A stretch of 64,000 nucleotides of DNA from a virus (lineage: Duplodnaviria > Caudoviricetes), in IMG/VR virus record IMGVR_UViG_3300029955_000001; one strand, given 5' to 3'. The notes beneath the pieces were generated by a model, which worked only from the letters and a program-made list of their open reading frames with translations, made no database searches and was not told where the DNA came from. Shown here piece after piece: positions 28,278 through 38,141 of this stretch (the stretch's first letter is position 1; each line of letters opens with the position of its first letter). A program made the translations under genes and the position numbers.

Positions 28278-30683
28278 ATGGCTGGTTTTATTCCACCAGT
28301 GGGAACAAAGGGACTTTGGACGTTACTGGCACCATTCAATGCTAGTCTACTTCCAAATGTCTCTTATACCTGTATTGCTATACGAAATATATCTGACGTA
28401 ATAGCGGCAGGTGGTGACCCGCAAGCATTGTTTTATACACCAGCTGGTTTATCGGCTGATGTATACGAAGCCGATTTAGCGAGTGATGTATCTATTCTTA
28501 CATTGCAAAATCCATCAGGATTAGTTGTTTATGTACCAACAACTTATCTAACAAGTTATCCAGATGCTGGTGGAGTCCCATATAAGACAATTATTTTGGC
28601 AGTAAACTTAGGACCAGTTCCAGAGTCATTGAATTTATCCTATTTACAATCGAAAATAGCAGACAGTGTCCAGGAGATTATAGGTGTAAAACCGGCTATT
28701 ACTCCAGTAGGAGCAAGCGCTACAGTTATTATACCTAATGCCCAAGACAGTGCTATTGTTGCAGCACGAGCGGCTATCGTCGGGACTGTTACTACTGATT
28801 ATGCAAAATATCTTACTGCTCAAAATCAGTTAAATGCTGCTTTGCAAAAGATAGGTATTCTTGAGAATTACATCAAAAGAACACCGATGCTTCCACTGCC
28901 GCCATTCGTCACTATTACTGATATAGCGCCAGTCTCAGGTGGTTCTTTGTCGTTGTATAATCAAGCGATTACGCTAACAGCAGCTACAACACAAGGTAGT
29001 ATTGAAGTTATAGCCTATAGCTTAGATAATGGAAATACATGGAGTAATTTTTTAATTACACCAGCACAATCTATTACTAACACATGGCCTCTTGTTTTGC
29101 CTGTCGGTACTAGCACAATTAAGTTGAAAGCTACAGATACAAACGGTGCAGTTTCAGCTATAGAAACGATAGTAGTACTAGTTGAAGCTACTGATGTTGT
29201 TTGGATGATGAATACGACTAGCACGGGATCTACTATTACTTTATCAAATGGTCCGATAAACACAGCAATTACTTTATCGGGCACGTATGAACCAAGTAAC
29301 ACTGCTGTCAGTAATCTAGCAATAGGAACAACGGACAATAATGGTAATCTAATTACTTCTGTTGTTCCTATGACATTTAACACTGATCTTTATTTTGATT
29401 ATGTTTTAAAAGCACCAAACAACGTACTTATCAACAGCGGTATCATGACGCCGATTGGTAATGTAGCGGTCCCGCCTGCTTTACCTGCCACAGTTCCTGT
29501 GGTTACTACAGTAACATTGAATTCATCGAATACTGAATGGATAGCCCCTGCAAATATAACGATGATAACAACAGCCGTTGGTAAGGGTTCAGATGGCACT
29601 CCTACGCTTGCTGGAACGGCGTCTGTTGCGTTTGGGAACACATTCCCAGGCGGGGCTATAAACACAGCGGCTTCGTCAGTAACGTTTAGTGATATCTATG
29701 TTATCCCTGGAAACGACTATCCTGTTTCTATTCCAGTCGGAGGATCACTTGAGCTTACATACAGCACAAATGTAGGTTCGGTAATACCAACTGTTATATC
29801 GGTAGCTTTAACGTCTGCTGCAACAACATGGACACCGCCAACTGGGGTTACTAATTTATTATCCGTTAGTGGATTTGGCACTGCTGCTGTACCGGTATAT
29901 ACGGAAGAAACTACGTCATTTACGATTGCTACTCCTATTACCATTAGTACATATCCATACGGTCCTGGCATATCGACGGGTGTTCTAACAAATCCTGTTA
30001 TAGGTGATGGTGGTTCGGCGTATGTAAATAGTCCTAGTTCAAATACTACTGTTGTTACGCAGCCTACGATAGTGCAAAATCCTGGACAATTGTTTTCTTA
30101 TGCTGCTCCAGCATTAAGCGGTATAACTATAACAGGTACTGTTGCAGATGGAACGTATACCCTTTCTGGTCAGACGTCAGTAGGTGTGTTGTTAATACCT
30201 ATTATTTCTGTAACAGTAGCGGCAGGTGTTGCTACTGCTGTTACTGTTGTAGACGCAGGTTCTGCTTTATATCAAGATTCACCAGAGGTTTGTACGTGGT
30301 CGTCCGGTAGCAACGCAATTAACGTTTCTCTTACATCTAGTATAGTTACTAATTTATTACCGAATGGTTTTTGGTCAATTACAATTAGTGGTGGGTTGTT
30401 TACATGCACTACGGGTACTCCTAATGTTGCTGCAAATTGGGGCGGTGGCGCTTATGGCAATATTCACGATATATCCTCTTCTTTAGTAGGTGTAGTAACA
30501 TCTAATGTATTGACTAGTTATACACCAGGTGTAGCGGCAACTGCTATCGGAGAAAGTTTTCCAGGTGGGACAGGTGCTGTATTGCCAACGACTGTCTTTA
30601 ATAATGTTTCTGTTATTCCAGGCCAAGCTTATCCTGTTGACATACCCACTGGTGGTTCGGTTACTGTTAGGTATTTGTCCTAA
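28278..30683 (+). CDS. Virion structural protein with long beta-rich (fibre/decoration-like) extension
   Basis: 801 aa; about 200 aa N-terminal domain ending in a coiled coil, then Thr/Val/Gly-rich Ig-like regions and two FPGG...IPG..YP modules. Confidence 0.65.
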   Translation: MAGFIPPVGTKGLWTLLAPFNASLLPNVSYTCIAIRNISDVIAAGGDPQALFYTPAGLSADVYEADLASDVSILTLQNPSGLVVYVPTTYLTSYPDAGGVPYKTIILAVNLGPVPESLNLSYLQSKIADSVQEIIGVKPAITPVGASATVIIPNAQDSAIVAARAAIVGTVTTDYAKYLTAQNQLNAALQKIGILENYIKRTPMLPLPPFVTITDIAPVSGGSLSLYNQAITLTAATTQGSIEVIAYSLDNGNTWSNFLITPAQSITNTWPLVLPVGTSTIKLKATDTNGAVSAIETIVVLVEATDVVWMMNTTSTGSTITLSNGPINTAITLSGTYEPSNTAVSNLAIGTTDNNGNLITSVVPMTFNTDLYFDYVLKAPNNVLINSGIMTPIGNVAVPPALPATVPVVTTVTLNSSNTEWIAPANITMITTAVGKGSDGTPTLAGTASVAFGNTFPGGAINTAASSVTFSDIYVIPGNDYPVSIPVGGSLELTYSTNVGSVIPTVISVALTSAATTWTPPTGVTNLLSVSGFGTAAVPVYTEETTSFTIATPITISTYPYGPGISTGVLTNPVIGDGGSAYVNSPSSNTTVVTQPTIVQNPGQLFSYAAPALSGITITGTVADGTYTLSGQTSVGVLLIPIISVTVAAGVATAVTVVDAGSALYQDSPEVCTWSSGSNAINVSLTSSIVTNLLPNGFWSITISGGLFTCTTGTPNVAANWGGGAYGNIHDISSSLVGVVTSNVLTSYTPGVAATAIGESFPGGTGAVLPTTVFNNVSVIPGQAYPVDIPTGGSVTVRYLS

Positions 30684-30700
30684 ATATAAGAGAGGTTTAA

Positions 30701-31126
30701 ATGAAGAAGATACGACCAGGTTTAGTAGAGGCAATGGAGGATAATGCTGTTGCTCCAAATAACGAAATAGAAATAGAAGTTCCAGAACTAGAGAAGGACA
30801 AGAATGCTGCTATTTTATTTTCTAAAAATAAAGCATTGGAAGAAATTAAAATTTTCTCAGAAGTAAAACAGTCCTTAGAATCACTCACAGAAGACTTGTT
30901 AAAAACTGCTGCTAAAGGTGGTTTGGATAGAACCGGAAGCGAAGTATTGTATATTACCCTAGAAAACTTATATGAAAGAGCGGGAGTTAGTACAGAAGGT
31001 GTGCGACCTGCTTTAGAATCATTTAATGCGCCTGGTGTAAGAATTGGTTCTACGTTATTTGCAGCTGAACGCATAACAGAAAAGATTAAAGAGATATCAG
31101 GTAAGATTACTGATCTTCAGAAATAA
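30701..31126 (+). CDS. Short paralog of the head-protein propeptide region
   Basis: SLESLTEDLLKTAAKGGLDRTGSEVL...RPALESF aligns by eye with SLESIANVLRKSVREGGVNRAGAEIL...MPALESF of the 822 aa protein. Confidence 0.7.
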   Translation: MKKIRPGLVEAMEDNAVAPNNEIEIEVPELEKDKNAAILFSKNKALEEIKIFSEVKQSLESLTEDLLKTAAKGGLDRTGSEVLYITLENLYERAGVSTEGVRPALESFNAPGVRIGSTLFAAERITEKIKEISGKITDLQK

Positions 31127-31127
31127 A

Positions 31128-31190
31128 CAGCATAAAGCCTATACATTTCTCTAAGGTTTATCCAAAGGGAAATGTATAGGTAATATGCTG
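31128..31190. terminator. Bidirectional hairpin flanked by CAGCATA/TATGCTG
   Basis: AAACAGCATA..CCTATACATTTC...GAAATGTATAGG..TATGCTGTTT between convergent stops. Confidence 0.8.
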
Positions 31191-31192
31191 TT

Positions 31193-31456
31193 TTAAGATG
31201 TTCCTGTTGTATTTGGACTACCGCTAATTATTGTAGCCCCACAACCTGCTTTATCTCCAACGTGAATAACAGATTTTCCATTACTTTTTAAAGTAGATGA
31301 TGAGGTAACAGATGTTGTTCCGTGACCCGGTATAGGGCAGGTGTGTTGATCGATGTTAACGCAAACCATTATTCCGTTTACTTTGAAATGTCCACTAGCA
31401 CTAGTCATGAAACCACCATGATCGCTAGAATCATTTAATCGTACAATTTCCGTCAT
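31193..31456 (-). CDS. PAAR-domain spike tip protein
   Basis: HTCPIPGHG...GKSVIHVGDKAGCGATIISGS; adjacent to the spike gene. Confidence 0.9.
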   Translation of the reverse strand: MTEIVRLNDSSDHGGFMTSASGHFKVNGIMVCVNIDQHTCPIPGHGTTSVTSSSTLKSNGKSVIHVGDKAGCGATIISGSPNTTGTS

Positions 31457-31464
31457 GTTAACTC

Positions 31465-32190
31465 CTAATTAATGTTAGTGTTCGGAGAAGTAATATTAAT
31501 AGCAGAACCTGCCGTTATGTTAATTGTCCCTGGTGCGTTAATGGTAATGTTTGGTCCTTGAATATTAACTAATGATCCGTTTTTATTAATCATTTCTAAC
31601 TGGCTATTTACCGAATTTAAACTAAATGTATTGCCAACATCATCTTGAATCTGAATGAAACCTGTCTTAGCATTAACTTGTATATCGTATCCAAAAGGTT
31701 CACCATTCGCTTTTGATGTATGTAAGTGAGCTATACCCTCATGTGTTGATATTTCAGTAAAATAGCTATTCTCACCTGTAGTGCTAGCACCTTCGTCTTG
31801 TGTCCCACTGTACGCATGAACAACTGTTTCCAGTTTACGTAAATTAAGATCAAAACTATATTCTTGCCAGTAATATTTATCCTGATCAGCAAAACGATAA
31901 ATCATCACTGTTTCACCACGTCGTACATCTGGCGCAGTCTGTCTGTTTGAATCGCCTAGTGGTATCCATGTAGCAGAAATTGTATTAGTTTGATTTATAC
32001 TAATGTGGTACGGTGTGCCGTCTGCTTTTTGTGATTTTGTAGTGGTTGTTGTTACTTGACTTGTCAGTTGTCCATCTGACATTGGGCTATCTTCAATGGG
32101 CGTGCATTCTATTACTTTTGAATTAAGTGCTTTGTTAGCAGCAACAATTCCTAGTGAATAAAACTTCATTCCACTATTTTTGGTTTCCAT
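31465..32190 (-). CDS. Central tail spike (phiKZ gp164-like)
   Basis: 241 aa; OB-like N-terminus (DVRRGETVMIYRFAD) and C-terminal beta-helix repeats (ITINAPGTINITAGSAINITSP); upstream of PAAR. Confidence 0.8.
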   Translation of the reverse strand: METKNSGMKFYSLGIVAANKALNSKVIECTPIEDSPMSDGQLTSQVTTTTTKSQKADGTPYHISINQTNTISATWIPLGDSNRQTAPDVRRGETVMIYRFADQDKYYWQEYSFDLNLRKLETVVHAYSGTQDEGASTTGENSYFTEISTHEGIAHLHTSKANGEPFGYDIQVNAKTGFIQIQDDVGNTFSLNSVNSQLEMINKNGSLVNIQGPNITINAPGTINITAGSAINITSPNTNIN

Positions 32191-32260
32191 TTTCTGTCCT
32201 ATGAATATTTTTTACAAGAGCGGTGTATTGTTTGAAGAATTAATAGAGAGGCATCGTTAG

Positions 32261-34813
32261 ATGAAGATTATATCAGTGGAACTCATAGGCTTTAAAAGAA
32301 TAGCTCTTAACGGAGTTACACATTTTCAAATGAAGATGTCTGAAGTTATACAGTTAATACTCGGTACGAATGGTTCAGGTAAGTCTTCTTTACTAAGTGA
32401 GCTTTCCCCTCTCCCAGGTGAAAATTCAGACTATACGCGCGATGGGTTAAAAAATATTAACATTACCGATAATGGTAATAGTTATATTTTAACGAGTAAA
32501 TTCAATCCTAAACAAGAACATAGTTTTTTTAAAAATGGCGAGAATCTAAATGTAGGCGGGACAATAACTGTTCAGAAAGAACTTGTTAAACAAGAGTTTG
32601 GTATAACTCCACAAATACGCGATTTGTTAGTTGGGTTTGAAACATTCCATGACATGTCGGCGTCTAAACGTAGAGAGTGGTTTACATTACTTAGCCCTAT
32701 TAATTACGACTATGCTTTAGGTGTATTCAATAAACTGAAAGCACATAATTCATATATTGCAGGTGCATTAAAACATGCTAAGAAACGATTGGTAACTGAG
32801 AGTGGTAAAGTTATTTCTATAATTGAAGAAGAGAAGTTACGAAAGGATATTGATTTTACAAATAATGAACTTACTCTTCTTTACGAACACAAAGCTCCTG
32901 TAGAACGCCCTATTAAGTCGTACAGAGAACAACAACACGACGGAATGGAAGAACTATCAAGGCTCAGTAATAAACTTCTTAGGATGCGTTTAATAGCTCC
33001 GTATGGTGCTCACTCTTACGGTGTTAATCCAACACACGGACAAGAACGTGATGATTGGTTTGAACTTATTCAACCAAGCTTCACATCAATGATAGATATT
33101 GATAACTTTATAAACACGATTAAAAATGAAATTTCTGTAAAAGAAACATTGATTAGTAAAGAAGTATCCGAACATGCGAAGATTGATGAAACTGTTAAGA
33201 TATTAATCAAGACAGGAGAAGAAGGTGTTAGCGCTCTGCGTGAAAAGATTATGGCGATAGAAGAAGCAAGAGATTATATCTTAAGTAATAGAAAATTGCC
33301 TATTGAATGTGCTGATCCTGTAAACGCTCTTTCATCTTTAAACGTTATTTATGATCTATTGCAAACAACATTTTCTTCTATTCCTGAAAATGAAGATAAG
33401 AAGTATAGCATCTCGCGTTTAACAGAACTGCGACAAACTCTTATTCGTTTAAAAGACATTAACGTTATTCGTAAAGCAGAACATGTTCGGCTTTCTGTTC
33501 AAAAGACACATCTTGAAACGCATAAATCAAATGGTGATTCTGTATGCCCTAAATGTAATCATCGCTGGATAGCTGGTTTTAGTGATGATGCTTATGAAAA
33601 AATAGTTACTGCTGTAGCTGAAAAAGAATATGAGTTAGAAAAAGAAGAAAAAGAAATAAACGAGATTACAGAAAACATTGAAAGTATCCAAGAATATAGC
33701 GATATCTACAGAGATTTCTCTCGTTGTGTTTCTGAATGGAAATCTTTAAAACCATTTTGGGATTATCTTTTAGATGGGGAGTATGTTACTCGTAGTCCTA
33801 GGAAAGCATTAAGTATTCTAAATACATTTAAAGATGATTTAGAATTAGCTGTTACTAGTAAACAGTATGAAAAGGATGCTGTCTCTGTTTACGAATTAAT
33901 ACGCGCTGCTGAACAAGTAGGTAGCGCTAACCTTACGGACTCGCGCATTAAGTTAGAAGAATGTAATTCAGTAATTAGTAATCTCACATCTGAATTAGTC
34001 AAACTGAAGTCAACATTAACTGAATATGTACAATACCGTCGTCAGTTAGCTGAAGCAAATGATCTTGGTGAACGCATTAATGTTTTAACTATTTTGATGG
34101 AAAATACCACATCAGAAATGATTGAAATGATGCGTAGAGATACAGTAGAGCACTGTATTCGACAATTGCAACATTCAATTAGTTTGAAGCAAGAGGCATT
34201 GTCTGCTGCTATTTTACAAAAAGAAATTGTAGCTGATTTAGAAGATCAAGTAGCGAAACTCACTGTTGAAGATGATACAGTGAAACTAATGATCAAGTGT
34301 CTATCGCCAACAGATGGTTTAATCGCAGAAGGATTATTTGGGTTTATCCATAACTTTGTTGGACAAATGAATAACCTTATTCGAAAGGTATGGACTTATC
34401 CTTTGTTAATTCAAGACTGCGGGTTATCTGGGGATACAGGAACTGAGTTAGATTATAAGTTTCCTCTCATGGTGCAGAGTAAAGATAATGTTGTTCCTGA
34501 TGTAAAACTAGGTAGCGATGGGATGGTGGAGATTATTGATCTTGCTTTTAAAGTTGTAGCTATGCGGTACTTAGGTCTTTCAGAGAGTCCTTTAGTGATT
34601 GACGAATTCGGACGTTGTTTGGATGAACAGCACCGAACAGCGTCGATGAACATAGTTAAAACTTTAATGGATACGCAACCATTTACACAATTATTTATGG
34701 TGTCACACTACGAGAGTTTTCATGGAGCTTTTACAAATGCAGAAATATGCGTTCTAGATAAATCAAATATAACAATACCATCAATTTATAATCTACATGT
34801 ATCGATATCATAG
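32261..34813 (+). CDS. sbcC: SbcC/Rad50-like SMC ATPase (phiKZ gp165-like)
   Basis: Walker A GTNGSGKSS, long coiled coil, CPKC zinc hook, signature-like GSDGMVE, Walker B LVIDEFG, SHY. Confidence 0.9.
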   Translation: MKIISVELIGFKRIALNGVTHFQMKMSEVIQLILGTNGSGKSSLLSELSPLPGENSDYTRDGLKNINITDNGNSYILTSKFNPKQEHSFFKNGENLNVGGTITVQKELVKQEFGITPQIRDLLVGFETFHDMSASKRREWFTLLSPINYDYALGVFNKLKAHNSYIAGALKHAKKRLVTESGKVISIIEEEKLRKDIDFTNNELTLLYEHKAPVERPIKSYREQQHDGMEELSRLSNKLLRMRLIAPYGAHSYGVNPTHGQERDDWFELIQPSFTSMIDIDNFINTIKNEISVKETLISKEVSEHAKIDETVKILIKTGEEGVSALREKIMAIEEARDYILSNRKLPIECADPVNALSSLNVIYDLLQTTFSSIPENEDKKYSISRLTELRQTLIRLKDINVIRKAEHVRLSVQKTHLETHKSNGDSVCPKCNHRWIAGFSDDAYEKIVTAVAEKEYELEKEEKEINEITENIESIQEYSDIYRDFSRCVSEWKSLKPFWDYLLDGEYVTRSPRKALSILNTFKDDLELAVTSKQYEKDAVSVYELIRAAEQVGSANLTDSRIKLEECNSVISNLTSELVKLKSTLTEYVQYRRQLAEANDLGERINVLTILMENTTSEMIEMMRRDTVEHCIRQLQHSISLKQEALSAAILQKEIVADLEDQVAKLTVEDDTVKLMIKCLSPTDGLIAEGLFGFIHNFVGQMNNLIRKVWTYPLLIQDCGLSGDTGTELDYKFPLMVQSKDNVVPDVKLGSDGMVEIIDLAFKVVAMRYLGLSESPLVIDEFGRCLDEQHRTASMNIVKTLMDTQPFTQLFMVSHYESFHGAFTNAEICVLDKSNITIPSIYNLHVSIS

Positions 34814-34824
34814 AGGAGAACAAT

Positions 34825-35022
34825 ATGAGCTTAAGTGATTTGAAGAACATATCTACAATAGGCAAGCGTTTAGACGATCTTGAGAAAAGTAACCAAGATC
34901 TAAAATATAGAGTAAAATATCTCGAACAAGAAGTTCAGAGATTAGAAAGTGTTAAAATGAATAGCTCTGAACGTTCTGTTATTATAGCCGAGGCTGGAAA
35001 CTACGCATATGCGATATCGTAA
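34825..35022 (+). CDS. Small coiled-coil protein
   Basis: 65 aa, AGGAG RBS. Confidence 0.7.
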   Translation: MSLSDLKNISTIGKRLDDLEKSNQDLKYRVKYLEQEVQRLESVKMNSSERSVIIAEAGNYAYAIS

Positions 35023-35039
35023 TAACTAATGAGGCTAAT

Positions 35040-35243
35040 ATGAAAATTGTAATCCAAGAAATCACTCCAATCAATCCGTTGAAAACAAAAACAAAACATT
35101 ATCAAATTGTTTTCTATGGTAGAAATAAAAAGAAATTACCGATACCTAACGTATTAAGTTTATCCGGCTATGAGCTGGCTGACGCAACCCGTGTCGCAAA
35201 TGAATGGGCTGAAGCATTAGGTGTTCCCGTTGTACATGAATAA
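35040..35243 (+). CDS. Hypothetical protein
   Basis: 67 aa, GAGG RBS. Confidence 0.7.
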   Translation: MKIVIQEITPINPLKTKTKHYQIVFYGRNKKKLPIPNVLSLSGYELADATRVANEWAEALGVPVVHE

Positions 35244-35254
35244 AGGAATGTGTT

Positions 35255-35905
35255 ATGAAAGCATTAGCTGATAAACTGAATAGAATAGAAAGTATTGGTA
35301 TTTTACTTCAACAAGAAATTGCTGAATTAAAAGAAATTATTATGGGTCCTAAACCTATTGTTGAAACATACGACGTTATAGTGGTGGATGGTGTCCCTGT
35401 ATCGGCTAAGAGCACACCGCCTGCTATTTCATCTGAAGAGAAACAATTAATTGACGATGTTATCGAATTCAAAAATACAGAGAACGATATACGAGAAGGT
35501 CTATTTAAACAGATAAGGGGTAAAGACAGTATTATTAATATGTTTTTATCGCCTACTGTTATTAATGGCGGTAGAGGTTTTATTCGACCAATCCCAGCTT
35601 TCATGCAATATGAAGAAGATATATCTTTTTTAAATCCTGATCGATTAATGGTGTTTCCAGCAGGCTTCTACATGAATCGCGTTACGAGAGAAATACAATT
35701 GTTAATCTTTACGCGTTCGTGCATTGTTTGTATTGATAACTTACCTGGAATAGAAGGTAATGTTCGTTTTATGATAGCAGATAGATCCGGTTATAAAACA
35801 AATGAATTATACAAAGAAGCATCAAGTGAAGATTTGATTTTACTTATCTCTCAATTAGAAGAGAGTTTTAAAGAATTAATGTCACAGTGCGATTTCACGT
35901 CATAA
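35255..35905 (+). CDS. Hypothetical protein
   Basis: 216 aa, AAGGA RBS. Confidence 0.7.
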   Translation: MKALADKLNRIESIGILLQQEIAELKEIIMGPKPIVETYDVIVVDGVPVSAKSTPPAISSEEKQLIDDVIEFKNTENDIREGLFKQIRGKDSIINMFLSPTVINGGRGFIRPIPAFMQYEEDISFLNPDRLMVFPAGFYMNRVTREIQLLIFTRSCIVCIDNLPGIEGNVRFMIADRSGYKTNELYKEASSEDLILLISQLEESFKELMSQCDFTS

Positions 35906-35951
35906 CAGCATATAGACCATACCGAGATAATAATCGGTATGGTCTATGCCG
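35906..35951. terminator. Bidirectional hairpin flanked by CAGCATA/TATGCCG
   Basis: CAGCATA-TAGACCATACCGA-gataataa-TCGGTATGGTCTA-TGCCG, abutting both stop codons. Confidence 0.8.
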
Positions 35952-37190
35952 CTATATGTTATCTGATCCAATTTCTATAAAATACGCAGAACTCTGGTTA
36001 ACCGGTGTAAATGGCACTAAAGCATTTGATACACTATTTTGTTCAAACAAATTAACTGTGTCGTATAACATGTTGTGTCGTAATGAATCGTGACAATTAA
36101 GACTCCATTGTCTATCCTCATACGTTGACCAGTAATTTGCAATTTTACCAACACCAACGATTAACGGATACTGCGGCTCAATATAAGAAATAAACATATC
36201 AGGCATCTTTGTTTTTCGTACATCTAAACGATTTACAAAGATGTTCGGATTATCCATAACCACAAAGAACGATTGCGATAAAGTCAAATAAGCAGTTATG
36301 TTTGCATCACTATAAAAATCTGCTACCCCTACTTGTTCATTATTTCGTTTTGTTGATTCTAACGGTAGTGAAGATAAATCAATGTATTTCTTTGATTCGT
36401 AATAACGATCCAAAAATGGAAGATTAATAAAGTTAATACAAATCGTATCTGTTCCAACTGGAAAGAATGTTCTATTATCTAAGACATGTAAATAACCGCC
36501 CAATACTAACATAACTGTTTTATTAGTAATGTCAGTTCCTAGGTTAACAATACAGTGCTGGGATAAACTTTGTCTGGTGTTTTGTTTATAGACCATATTG
36601 CTTGTAATCGGTATGAACGTTAGATTACCAATACCGTTAAAGCTATAGATGCCAATTTGATTTTGCTTAGATATCTCACATGACTTCATGCCATCAACAA
36701 CATATACACCAGTCCCGTCTGTGTCTGTCAAATGAAAAAACCCATTTACATTTACTAAACATTTTTGATAAAACAATCGATAGTCTGTGTTTTCTCTAGT
36801 AAGAAAAAGAGAAGTTTTATCACTAGGCACAACAGGTGCTGTTACTGAATCAGGAAGTCGCATTGGTGTAATCGCGTAACCTGCTTTGAAAGCATCTGCA
36901 TAATGTGCGTAACTTGGGTTTAGAACAGGTAAAGTATTTGATGTAACCAGCGAAGAATTACCAATGCTTGCTAGATATTGAACAAATGTAATTGTTTGAC
37001 CATCATTACCTGCTGGTAGATTAACGAAGTCAAATGCCACCGGCGCTGTTAAGTACGGGTTCGTTAACGTAGCTATTATTCTAGAATAGGTAGAAAATAA
37101 CATATCGATAGGAATGCTGCTGATATCTACACTTGTCCAGCGTTCATCCCCTTTTAATGATTTGGCTATAGCCGAGACTAATGTATACAT
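35952..37190 (-). CDS. Virion structural protein (phiKZ-like baseplate/tail type)
   Basis: 412 aa; CLVNVNGFFHLT, VMLVLGGYLH, YLTLSQSFFVV motifs recalled from this family. Confidence 0.65.
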   Translation of the reverse strand: MYTLVSAIAKSLKGDERWTSVDISSIPIDMLFSTYSRIIATLTNPYLTAPVAFDFVNLPAGNDGQTITFVQYLASIGNSSLVTSNTLPVLNPSYAHYADAFKAGYAITPMRLPDSVTAPVVPSDKTSLFLTRENTDYRLFYQKCLVNVNGFFHLTDTDGTGVYVVDGMKSCEISKQNQIGIYSFNGIGNLTFIPITSNMVYKQNTRQSLSQHCIVNLGTDITNKTVMLVLGGYLHVLDNRTFFPVGTDTICINFINLPFLDRYYESKKYIDLSSLPLESTKRNNEQVGVADFYSDANITAYLTLSQSFFVVMDNPNIFVNRLDVRKTKMPDMFISYIEPQYPLIVGVGKIANYWSTYEDRQWSLNCHDSLRHNMLYDTVNLFEQNSVSNALVPFTPVNQSSAYFIEIGSDNI

Positions 37191-37277
37191 TGTTATTCCT
37201 TTATTTAAACATCGGCACTAAATATTATAGACTGAAGACTTAATCCATAAAATAACCGCTTTACCTGTGGAGGGCAC

Positions 37278-38141
37278 ATGCCATCAACAACACCTGTTAC
37301 GTATCCGTTTGATCCTACAGGTACGCTCGCGTCAAACCTGATAACTGGTGAACAGCAGATTTTGAAGTTACCAACCTTCGAAAATTTTCATTTCCTAGTT
37401 CCTAACTTAGCACCTTATTTTGCGTCGACATTGCAAGTAAGTATCAAATTACTAGATGGCACAGTACAGCCACTAAACGAAGGTATTGATTATTACTGTA
37501 CAAATCTATTCAAAGCGGCATCGATGGCTTGTGAGAAGCCAATTTATGGTTCTGTTAGTTTTCTTGATCTATCCTTATCCGGTATCGTTACTTTTAACTA
37601 CCAAACAATAGGTGGCAACTGGACACTTAACCAACAACAAATTGCGCAGATTATTAGTAATGTATTGCAGAACCCGCGTGTGACTTATTGGGATCAAGTA
37701 ACAGAATATCCTGCTTTATTTCCACCACTTGCCCACGCGTTTGACTTAGTAGATTTAACAGGAGCGGCAGAGTTATACACAGCGTTAATGGCTATAGAAG
37801 CGGCTATCGCTTCTAAAACATACGATGTAACATTATTGAACCAAGCGATCAATACTGCCAATTCTGCCAATGTAATCGCCAACGAAGCAATAGTCAGAGC
37901 AGATGCTGCGTACGCTGCGTCAAACGCACTAGATCCGACTGCGGCGGCTGCTACTTTGGTTGCGTTGCAAACAGCTATTGCCACAGCAGAGGGCACGTTA
38001 CCCGTTACGTTAACAGCAACAGTCAATAACGCTCTATCAGTAGCTAACGCAGCAATGCTGGCGGTAACTGCTTTAGAAACAAACGGAACAAGTTCGAACG
38101 GTATATCTGACGATGTACTCCTTTTCATGGGGCAAAATTAA
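37278..38141 (+). CDS. Tail-fibre-associated protein (phiKZ gp131-family N-terminus)
   Basis: YPFDPTGTLASNLITGE...APYF...GIDYY...KPIYGSVSF...YQTIGG...WDQV; paralogous to the N-terminus of the 1477 aa fibre. Confidence 0.7.
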   Translation: MPSTTPVTYPFDPTGTLASNLITGEQQILKLPTFENFHFLVPNLAPYFASTLQVSIKLLDGTVQPLNEGIDYYCTNLFKAASMACEKPIYGSVSFLDLSLSGIVTFNYQTIGGNWTLNQQQIAQIISNVLQNPRVTYWDQVTEYPALFPPLAHAFDLVDLTGAAELYTALMAIEAAIASKTYDVTLLNQAINTANSANVIANEAIVRADAAYAASNALDPTAAAATLVALQTAIATAEGTLPVTLTATVNNALSVANAAMLAVTALETNGTSSNGISDDVLLFMGQN

